NCBI GenBank assembly: GCA_046045965.1
Contig: JBJOKS010000029.1
Span: forward strand, 1 to 57,377
Reading direction: 5' to 3'
Source: Cyanobacteriota bacterium
Lineage (GTDB): Bacteria; Cyanobacteriota; Cyanobacteriia; Cyanobacteriales; Nostocaceae
Length of the DNA stretch: 57,377 nt
The position numbers and the translations under genes are program-made. Below are positions 49,779 through 57,377 of this stretch, piece by piece. Within the stretch, counting starts at the first letter, position 1; every line of letters starts with the position of its first letter. The notes beneath the pieces are model-generated. The model made no database searches and was not told the DNA's origin. It saw only the letters and a list, made by a program, of their open reading frames with translations.

Positions 49779-50765
49779 TTACCTTCTCTGATATAATTGA
49801 CAAAGTTCAATGACTTTAGTTTGCAGTATTGATGTTTCTGACGCTCCTTGTTTGAGACCCACTTCTAATTCCAGTAACAGGGGTAAAGAAGAAATTAGTT
49901 GCTGTACAGAAAGAGATTTGACTTCTTGCTGTAAAAAGTAGATACGTTTGGGGTTATTGATTTGGGCCGCTTGGGCGATCGCTTGCGGGTTGCGCTCTCC
50001 TGTTTCCATCATAATCTTTACCCATAGCCATGTGCGAAACTGCCCAATTAAAGTGGCAACAATTCTTAAACCCGGTTCAGCTGCATTAATTAGATCACCG
50101 ATAATACCTAACGCTTTAGCTGTATCTCCTGTTCTGATAGCTGCTGCTAATTGCAAGGTGTTTTGAGTAGTATTTCTGACAAGCTGAGTTACAGTTTTTA
50201 CATCTAAAGGTTTATTGCTACCAGCCATATAAAGCCGTAACTTCTCCATTTCCGTGTAGAGAAGCCTTGTATCGTTACCTATAGATTCTGCTAATAATTC
50301 CGCAGTTTGCGGCATTAATTTTACACCCACAGTTTGAGCAACTTCATTGACCGCTTGTAGCAACAATTCAGTTTTCCAGGGGGGAATAAGTGAAAATTCG
50401 CGGAATTCTGCAAATTGTTTGATAAATTTTGTAGCTTTGAGACGTTCATCAGGTTTATTGCGGCTAGTCAGTAATAAAAACGAATCTTCAGGAATTACGG
50501 GTAAAGTACGTTGTAATTCTGATAACACATTTTCTGGACACTGTTGACACAGAGTAGTATTGATTAACCATACTAAACGTCCACCAGCGCCAAAAATGGG
50601 TGTCATAACTTGATTTAAAGCCTGAATTACCGCATCAGGTTGATCTGGGGGGAAAGCAGTATAGTTAAAACTGGTCCACAGAGGATCAAGAACGCGATCG
50701 CGTAAAGCTGTGACAGCCTTTTCCATCGCAAAATCATCTTCACCCCAATAAATGTAGATTGGCAT
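49779..50765 (-). CDS. holA: DNA polymerase III subunit delta
   Basis: YIYWGEDDF, TPIFGAGGRLV, IGNDTRLL..E.EKL. Confidence 0.9.
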   Translation of the reverse strand: MPIYIYWGEDDFAMEKAVTALRDRVLDPLWTSFNYTAFPPDQPDAVIQALNQVMTPIFGAGGRLVWLINTTLCQQCPENVLSELQRTLPVIPEDSFLLLTSRNKPDERLKATKFIKQFAEFREFSLIPPWKTELLLQAVNEVAQTVGVKLMPQTAELLAESIGNDTRLLYTEMEKLRLYMAGSNKPLDVKTVTQLVRNTTQNTLQLAAAIRTGDTAKALGIIGDLINAAEPGLRIVATLIGQFRTWLWVKIMMETGERNPQAIAQAAQINNPKRIYFLQQEVKSLSVQQLISSLPLLLELEVGLKQGASETSILQTKVIELCQLYQRR

Positions 50766-50917
50766 AAGAATAGGGAATAGGGAACAGGGAACAGGTGAAG
50801 GTGAAAAGGCAAAGTTTTTAATTTTTAATTTTTAATTTTTAATTTTTAATTGACATCGCTTGGTCAAACTGAGTAAATTTCCCTACAATCTATCAAGAGA
50901 GCGCGAGGCTAAGAAGA

Positions 50918-51706
50918 TTGGACGACAACTACCAAACCTATTTAAATCGGGTAGCACGCATGACGCTACCAGAATCTTACAGAACCCAAGTTCAGCATAT
51001 CCAGGAATCGTATAAATTTAAGTCCCATGATGGAACCAGAAAACCAGCCCCCTTTCCTGGCTATACGCTGATTACCCCACCAGCAGCAGAAGATACACAA
51101 AACGCTGATTTTTACAGACAAATCGAGAGTTATCAGCGATCGCTGTTAAATTTACCAATCAATTCTGATTTGATTGTACCTCTACCTCCTGATAGTTTTC
51201 ATTTCACCCTGGCAGACTTAATTTGGGATCATGCTTTTCTTCATGCTACTGAAAAAAATCCCCAATTTGAGCAGGAGTTAAATTCTTGTTTAGGCGATTT
51301 GTTTAAGCAGTATCAACAGTTGCGGGGTGAAGCCACTAAGCCAATTTCCTGGCAAATGCTAGGACTAATAGTGATGCCAAGAGCTGTAGCGGTGTGTTTA
51401 ATTCCCAAAGATGAAAACAGTTATGAGGAGATTATTCAACTCCGTAGGCTAATTTATCAAAATCGTAAGTTAATGGGCTTGGGAATTGAGCAACATTATC
51501 ACTTTACTGCTCATATTACATTAGGCTATTTTGGAGAAATTCCTGCTAATCTAGACCGGATAAAACTCAGTAATATGTTGTCCGAGTTAAATCAAGAATG
51601 GCTGTTGAATTTTCCAGAAATTTTAGTTCATAGGGCTGAATTACGGAAGTTTGACAATATGACACATTATTATCGTCAACCAGACTGGACTAGTTTAGAT
51701 TTTTAA
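50918..51706 (+). CDS. 2H phosphoesterase family protein (DUF1868-like)
   Basis: Two HxT motifs (SFHFTL, AHITLG). TTG start. Confidence 0.82.
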   Translation: MDDNYQTYLNRVARMTLPESYRTQVQHIQESYKFKSHDGTRKPAPFPGYTLITPPAAEDTQNADFYRQIESYQRSLLNLPINSDLIVPLPPDSFHFTLADLIWDHAFLHATEKNPQFEQELNSCLGDLFKQYQQLRGEATKPISWQMLGLIVMPRAVAVCLIPKDENSYEEIIQLRRLIYQNRKLMGLGIEQHYHFTAHITLGYFGEIPANLDRIKLSNMLSELNQEWLLNFPEILVHRAELRKFDNMTHYYRQPDWTSLDF

Positions 51707-51720
51707 CTTGTCAGTTGTTA

Positions 51721-51831
51721 GCTATACAAGCAAAATCCACCTGATTTGGTTGTTAAATCTGGATATTAACTAGATTTTAACTTAGTCCACGCAGGTGGAC
51801 TTTGTTTGTTTAGTAGCAATTTCCAATCGCC
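51721..51831. repeat. Nostocales dispersed intergenic repeat with hairpin
   Basis: AGTCCACgcagGTGGACT hairpin followed by TTGTTTG, with a partially complementary left arm (caagcaaaatccacct). Confidence 0.5.
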
Positions 51832-52075
51832 ATTATCCTATAGATAAATCCTATATTTATTGCTCTTGTAGCAGACAAGCTTATGTGTCGAATGGCAGAA
51901 GTATTTAGAGCCAGGACTAAGCTAATGTGTTTATACAATTAAAAATTGATTTTTCTTACTTTACCGTAGAACCAGACAACAACTATTACTACTAATAATA
52001 AATACTGAGCATACTTGGGATTGTTTTCATTAATCAAATTAACGCGCTGTTGATTTTATCTTTAAGGATGAAATT

Positions 52076-55000
52076 ATGATTTTTCAAACTTCGGAAATTG
52101 CAGTAAATAGTTTCAACTGGTGCTATTTACACTTAGGAATAGGAATGACTCCAATAAAAGTAACTGGTGAAGTTTTAACTCCAGTACAAACAGCACTTGT
52201 TTTTTCCAGTCCTAAATTTTTCATCGCCTTGCTAAGTGGTATAGTTATGGCCTTAGCATTTCAATTATTATTTACAAATCTCTCTGTAGCTGCGGGAATT
52301 TCCGCCATAGGAACTGGTGCATATGCTGATGTTGATGATGCACAAACATTAGGAGGAAGCATTAGAAAAATTGAAGCTAAAGTAGGGACATGGGCAATTT
52401 TTTCTTCCAGTATTGCTTTATTCATCGCTTGCTTTATAGCAGTTAAATTGAGCTTAATTGAAAGTGCATTTTTAGGAGCAATTATTGGTGTAATTATTTG
52501 GTCGAGTTACTTTACAGTAATTATGTGGCTGGGTTCCAGTGCATTAGGATCATTAATTGGTTCTTTTGTTAGCACTGTAACTTCCGGTATTCAAGGTTTA
52601 ATGGGTACAGCTACTTCTGCTATTGGTGCTAATGTTGCTCAAAGACAAATGGTAGCAACAGCTGAAGAAATTACCGCCGCAGTTCGTCGAGAATTAACTG
52701 CTGGTTTTGATGCTGACAGTATTAGAAATACTCTGCAAACTTCTTTGAATTCTCTGCAATTACCAAAATTAGATGTCAAAGAAATTAGAAATCAATTTGA
52801 CCAGTTGTTAAAAGATTTAGACTTACGAGATATTGGTGATAGGCAATTTCTAGAAAATATCAATGGTCAGACTTTTGTAGATTTAATCAGCAGTCGTACA
52901 GATTTATCAAAAGCAGATGTGAATCAAATTGCTGACCAACTTGAAGCTGCTTGGAAACAAGTATTAAATCGTCAAAATACGACAGAAAAAGTGCTTGATT
53001 TAATTAAATCTGCCAGTCCAGAGGAACTAAGAGCAGAAAATTTAGGTGAACGAATTCAACAATTGATAACTGTTGGTGGTAATGGTAAACAAACCAATGG
53101 ACTCTTCAAACAAGCTATCCAATATGGTTTAGGTGCTGCGGGAACAGCTGTTTTAGAAAGAGTTAACCTTGCTGATGTGAATGTTCAAGAAATTACAAAT
53201 GAACTTAAAAAAATCGGCAGCCAAGTTCAAGATGTTGATGTTAATAAAATTATTGAACAAGTGAAACAGGTTGCTAACAGAACCAGCGAACAAGCGAGTA
53301 AAATAGGTACTCAATTAGGTGAAAGATTTTCCACACAACCTGAGAATACTATCAAGTCCGATGTTGAAGATTATATTCTCAATTCTTTCCTTTGGCATTT
53401 TAACAGGCTGACAATTCAAGATGAATTCAGAGAAGTTATTTATGATCAAAATGCTAATCCCAGCACTGTACGCCGTCAGTTAGAAGAAATTAATCAAGAT
53501 TACTTTGTCAAATTGCTAAAACAACGTGGTGATATTAGCGAAGACAGAAGACAAGAAATAGCCGAACAATTAACAAGTATTCGTCAAGAAGTTTTCCAAA
53601 TTGTTCAACAAGCAGAAAAACAGCAGAAAGCTCAAGAACTACGCAGTAAAATAGAGAATTATCTGCGGAATACTCACAAAGAAGAACTAAATCTAGAAAG
53701 TATTGAGCGCGATTTTAGCACCTTGCTGGCAGACCCAGAAACTGAATTTGAAGATTTACATGAAAGGTTGCATGAAATTGATCGTTATACCTTTTTACAA
53801 TTACTTCAGCAACGTCACGATCTGAATGATGAAGAAGCTAACAATATTATTGGTCAACTGGAAAGCACTCGTGATCATGTTGTAAATAGTGCTAGAGAAT
53901 TGCAAGAACAAGCCAGAAATAAAGCTGAAGAATTGCGTCAAAGGGTTGAAGATTATTTGCGGAATACTAATAAAGATGAACTCAATCCTGATGCGATCAA
54001 GCGTGATTTTCGAGTTCTGTTAGAAGAACCAGAAACGGGAATTACTCTTTTACGTGAGCGGTTATCGCAATTTGATCGAGATACCTTTGTACAATTATTG
54101 AGTCAGCGTCAAGATTTAAGTGAGGAACAAATTAACCAAGCTATAGATACTTTGGAAAGAGTACGCGATAATATTTTACAAGCACCACAAAAAGTTGCAG
54201 ACAAAGCGAAAGAACAATATGAACAAACTACAACAGCTATTGCTGAATATTTGCGAAATACCAACTTAGAAGAATTGAATCCTGAAGGTATTCAGCGAGA
54301 TTTACAACAGTTGTTTAGTGAACCCAGACAGGGTGCTTTAGCATTACGCGATCGCTTGTCCCAAGTTGATAGGGAAACTTTAGTTAAATTGCTTTCTGGT
54401 CGTGAAGATTTAAGTGAGGAACAAGTTAATCAAATCATTAATTCTGTACAACAAGCAATCAATAATATTGTTAAAGCACCGCAACGTTTAGCGCAACGTA
54501 CGACTAAACAAGTGTTAGATTTTGAAGCAAATTTAGAAAATTATCTCCGCAATACCAAAAAAGAAGAACTGAATCCCGAAGGTATCAAACGCGATTTACA
54601 ATTGTTGTTATCTTCACCCCGCGCAGGTATTGGTAGTTTAGGCGATCGCGTTTCTAAATTTGACCGTTCTACATTAGTAGCTTTGCTTTCCCAACGTGAG
54701 GATATTTCAGAAGCAGAAGCAAACAAAATTGTAGACCAAATTGAATCTGTGCGTGATTCCATTGTGGAACAATTTGAGCAAATTCAACAAAGATTGCGAT
54801 CGCTTGTTGATAGAATTTCCGGGAGAATTCGTGACTATCTCAATTCCCTAGATCGTCCTGAACTTAATTATGAAAGCATTCAACAGGATTTTGCTAAAAT
54901 ATTCGATGATCCACAAGCAGGATTTGAAGCTTTGCGCGATCGTCTTTCTCAATTTGACCGTGATACTTTAGTTGCTATCCTCAGTTCTCGTTCTGATATC

Positions 55001-55258
55001 TCCCCAGAACAAGCAAATCAAATTATCAATCGCATTGAATCTGCGCGAGATAGCGTATTACATCAAGCTGAACGCATTCAGCAAGAAACCCAAAGAAGAA
55101 TAAGAACAATTAGAGAACAAGCAAAACAGCAAGCAATTGATAGTAAAAAAGCCGTTGCTGATGCTGCTTGGTGGTTATTTAATGCTGCTGTTGTCTCCCT
55201 AGTAGCGTCAGCAATTGCTGGAGTTTTAGCAGTCATTACTCCTAATCCTATACTTTAG
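52076..55258 (+). CDS. Membrane-anchored protein with ~100-aa helical repeats, function unknown
   Basis: N-terminal TM bundle, repeats of YLRNT.KEELNPEGI.RD...P..G...L.DRLSQFDR.TLV.LLSQR.D, C-terminal TM helix. Confidence 0.8.
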   Translation: MIFQTSEIAVNSFNWCYLHLGIGMTPIKVTGEVLTPVQTALVFSSPKFFIALLSGIVMALAFQLLFTNLSVAAGISAIGTGAYADVDDAQTLGGSIRKIEAKVGTWAIFSSSIALFIACFIAVKLSLIESAFLGAIIGVIIWSSYFTVIMWLGSSALGSLIGSFVSTVTSGIQGLMGTATSAIGANVAQRQMVATAEEITAAVRRELTAGFDADSIRNTLQTSLNSLQLPKLDVKEIRNQFDQLLKDLDLRDIGDRQFLENINGQTFVDLISSRTDLSKADVNQIADQLEAAWKQVLNRQNTTEKVLDLIKSASPEELRAENLGERIQQLITVGGNGKQTNGLFKQAIQYGLGAAGTAVLERVNLADVNVQEITNELKKIGSQVQDVDVNKIIEQVKQVANRTSEQASKIGTQLGERFSTQPENTIKSDVEDYILNSFLWHFNRLTIQDEFREVIYDQNANPSTVRRQLEEINQDYFVKLLKQRGDISEDRRQEIAEQLTSIRQEVFQIVQQAEKQQKAQELRSKIENYLRNTHKEELNLESIERDFSTLLADPETEFEDLHERLHEIDRYTFLQLLQQRHDLNDEEANNIIGQLESTRDHVVNSARELQEQARNKAEELRQRVEDYLRNTNKDELNPDAIKRDFRVLLEEPETGITLLRERLSQFDRDTFVQLLSQRQDLSEEQINQAIDTLERVRDNILQAPQKVADKAKEQYEQTTTAIAEYLRNTNLEELNPEGIQRDLQQLFSEPRQGALALRDRLSQVDRETLVKLLSGREDLSEEQVNQIINSVQQAINNIVKAPQRLAQRTTKQVLDFEANLENYLRNTKKEELNPEGIKRDLQLLLSSPRAGIGSLGDRVSKFDRSTLVALLSQREDISEAEANKIVDQIESVRDSIVEQFEQIQQRLRSLVDRISGRIRDYLNSLDRPELNYESIQQDFAKIFDDPQAGFEALRDRLSQFDRDTLVAILSSRSDISPEQANQIINRIESARDSVLHQAERIQQETQRRIRTIREQAKQQAIDSKKAVADAAWWLFNAAVVSLVASAIAGVLAVITPNPIL

Positions 55259-55326
55259 AGGTGACTGGGGACTGGGGAGAATCAAGTCAAAAACTCTGTT
55301 CCCTGTTCCCAATTACCCATTACCAA

Positions 55327-56289
55327 CTAAAATAAATTCACACCTTCTCTGAGGTGAGGACTTAGTAAAGTTCGCCAAGCCTTCAGCTTTTTATTGTAAT
55401 CTATTCGGCAAGTAGTTTGTCTTTGCGGAGGGATACCTATCTTTTCTACTAAAACATCATATTGTTGGGGGTTTTTACCATAAACCAAACAAATAATATT
55501 ATAAAATCTCTGATAATTCAAAGAGTGTTCATCCCAAAAAGATAAATCTTGACTTACACTTTCCATTTCTTGGTTTCCAGATAATCCAAATTGAATAGCT
55601 GATGCTAAAGCTGCATATTCCTGTCCTAATTCTGTTAATAAAATTGTCGAAAATTCATCAACCGTATCTTCTTCTTTGCCAGTTACAGGTAAATCTAATT
55701 CTTCTATAAGTGTATGTCCTAATTCATGAAAAAAAGTAAAAACAGTTGTACCAGCTACCCGACGATTAACTTTATTCACTACTTCAGGTTGATTGATATT
55801 CAATTCCCTGGATTGATAGTAATCCCTAAATACATCGGTGAATCTGTCTATTAATTCATAGCAAATAGTAATACTATGTTCAGAAGGTTTATAATAAGCA
55901 TTGACCGCACCACAGTCACCCAAAATAATTTTCACATCATTGGGCATACTTAAAACTGTATTCAGCTTTTGGGCTAATTTTTCAAATGACTGATATTTTT
56001 GAAATCTTGCTTGTCTTTTGATAGAATTTTTGCGCTGTAATGGAGTATAAAATACTTGAAATTTACCTTTATTATCTACACTACTATTCGGGATTATGAC
56101 ATGATGATTACTGATTACATTAACTTGAGTTTGCCTGATAATAGGATTAAGAAAAATACAAATTATCCCCAAACTTAGAATACAGAGTAATAATAAAAAT
56201 TTCAGTTTCAGCCCAATAGAATGTAAATATTTAAATAGATAAAACATACTCTGGTTTAGACATTTATGATCAAAAAACTCACCCTTCAA
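55327..56289 (-). CDS. DUF4344 family metallopeptidase
   Basis: CG.VNAYY.P...I.ICYE, HELGH, LPVTGKEED, DEH....QRFYN..C..YG. Start is uncertain. Confidence 0.85.
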   Translation of the reverse strand: MKGEFFDHKCLNQSMFYLFKYLHSIGLKLKFLLLLCILSLGIICIFLNPIIRQTQVNVISNHHVIIPNSSVDNKGKFQVFYTPLQRKNSIKRQARFQKYQSFEKLAQKLNTVLSMPNDVKIILGDCGAVNAYYKPSEHSITICYELIDRFTDVFRDYYQSRELNINQPEVVNKVNRRVAGTTVFTFFHELGHTLIEELDLPVTGKEEDTVDEFSTILLTELGQEYAALASAIQFGLSGNQEMESVSQDLSFWDEHSLNYQRFYNIICLVYGKNPQQYDVLVEKIGIPPQRQTTCRIDYNKKLKAWRTLLSPHLREGVNLF

Positions 56290-56639
56290 AATTCAAAGTT
56301 TAAAATATTTTGAGTATAGGTATAAATCTGAAAATTAAACCAAGCTAAGTATAGACAAGGTAAAAGTAAACCCAAAAATTACTAATTGCAACTTATACCC
56401 CCGACTCATCAAATAATTAAATAATTGGAGGATATGAGTATTACAAGCTTTTTTAAAGTCTAAACTTCTGACTAATCTCAGCTATATCTATAGGAGGATG
56501 ATAATAAACTAAACTCTAGCAATATTTTTGTCAACTTTTTAAACATAAAAACAGCAAATTGCTGATTACTAGGCAACTGGAACTTGATAAATTACTTCCA
56601 ATCACCAATGACTAATAACTAATAACTAATAACTAATAA

Positions 56640-57128
56640 CTAATGATTAATGACTATTTTGTTTCTTTTTATCAATATCCAGCCTATAATTATCAGTATT
56701 GCCCCCAAAGCTAAAAATCCCAAATCCCAAGCCAACTGATTTGATCCTGGTTTGACATGATGGATACCGAGAATTTGATGGTCTATCAGTCCTTCAACCA
56801 CATCAAACAACCCCGTACCGATAAGTATTGAACCAACAAAAGTCTGTGATGACCAAGCAACATCTTCACGCTTGCCAGCTTGCCACAGTAAAATTACACC
56901 TATCACAGTCAGTACCCAATCAAAAGCATGAAATAAACCATCACACACCATGTTTAAATCTATATTTGAGATAGTTGTTAGTGGTTGAACGTTACTGATC
57001 ATGTGATGCCATTGGAGAATTTGATGCAGCAAGATGCCATCAACAAAGCCTCCCAGTCCAAGACCAAGGAAAATTCCCGCAGCAATGAGCAGTGTACTGC
57101 CGTTACTTACCTTATTTTTAGCCTTCAT
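56640..57128 (-). CDS. DUF2243 family membrane protein
   Basis: GFVDGILLHQILQWHH, DGLFHA, EGLIDHQILGIHHV. Confidence 0.88.
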   Translation of the reverse strand: MKAKNKVSNGSTLLIAAGIFLGLGLGGFVDGILLHQILQWHHMISNVQPLTTISNIDLNMVCDGLFHAFDWVLTVIGVILLWQAGKREDVAWSSQTFVGSILIGTGLFDVVEGLIDHQILGIHHVKPGSNQLAWDLGFLALGAILIIIGWILIKRNKIVINH

Positions 57129-57262
57129 ATCAACCTCAGAAATTCATGTTGGCTACCAAAATAAAACTATTCTGCTAGTCATATCTTCTCTCTGGAGGTG
57201 AGTACGGCTGCGCGGAAGTCGAACAGGAAGATAAAATTTAAATATAAAATAGCAATTTTCAA

Positions 57263-57377
57263 ATGACTATTTACTTTTACAAAGTTTGGCAGCCCTATGG
57301 CTGTTTTTCTAACTTTTCTCCCCATCCTATCGAGATTGAAGGTGTTGACTGGCCAACAGTTGAACATTATTATCAAG
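57263..57377 (+). CDS. NADAR family N-glycosidase (YbiA/RibX-like), partial, runs off window end
   Basis: Manual translation MTIYFYKVWQPYGCFSNFSPHPIEIEGVDWPTVEHYYQ. Confidence 0.85.
   Translation, partial: MTIYFYKVWQPYGCFSNFSPHPIEIEGVDWPTVEHYYQ

Noticed and set aside
873..54762. Many 60-150 aa ORFs antisense to or overlapping long genes (e.g. 873-1106, 9646-9957, 32240-32689, 44735-45088, 45317-45694, 54541-54762)
   Set aside because: Shadow frames of well-supported genes with no recognisable motifs.
57179..57376. 65-aa minus-strand ORF at the window end
   Set aside because: Antisense to a clear NADAR N-terminus on the plus strand.

Overview
AT-rich chromosomal segment from a heterocyst-forming cyanobacterium (Nostocales). 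This is inferred from frequent HIP1 GCGATCGC sites, 7-mer STRR repeats in most intergenic gaps, and genes such as thyD, zds/crtQ, chlI, susA, cobQ, cax and holA. Most of the window is conserved backbone. Points of interest: (1) a DUF928 / CHASE2 cyclase with guanylate-cyclase residues / metallo-beta-lactamase hydrolase cluster, possibly a cGMP synthesis-and-degradation module; (2) an intact 1040-aa CyRepA1-type Toprim plus SF2-helicase replication protein with no visible plasmid context; (3) a thioester-less alpha-2-macroglobulin and divergent pbpC, both carrying in-frame copies of one MITE-like repeat; (4) a 24-28.6 kb accessory island with a type II R-M pair, an orphan Cys-His-Asp protein and toxin/antitoxin remnants; (5) DUF29 and ParDE cassettes between two ABC genes, each behind a duplicated ~50-bp leader/RBS unit; (6) several MITEs and a decayed DUF433/PIN toxin-antitoxin pair missed by the ORF track. 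No rRNA, tRNA or CRISPR array was seen. Family names come from motif recognition by eye, not database searches.
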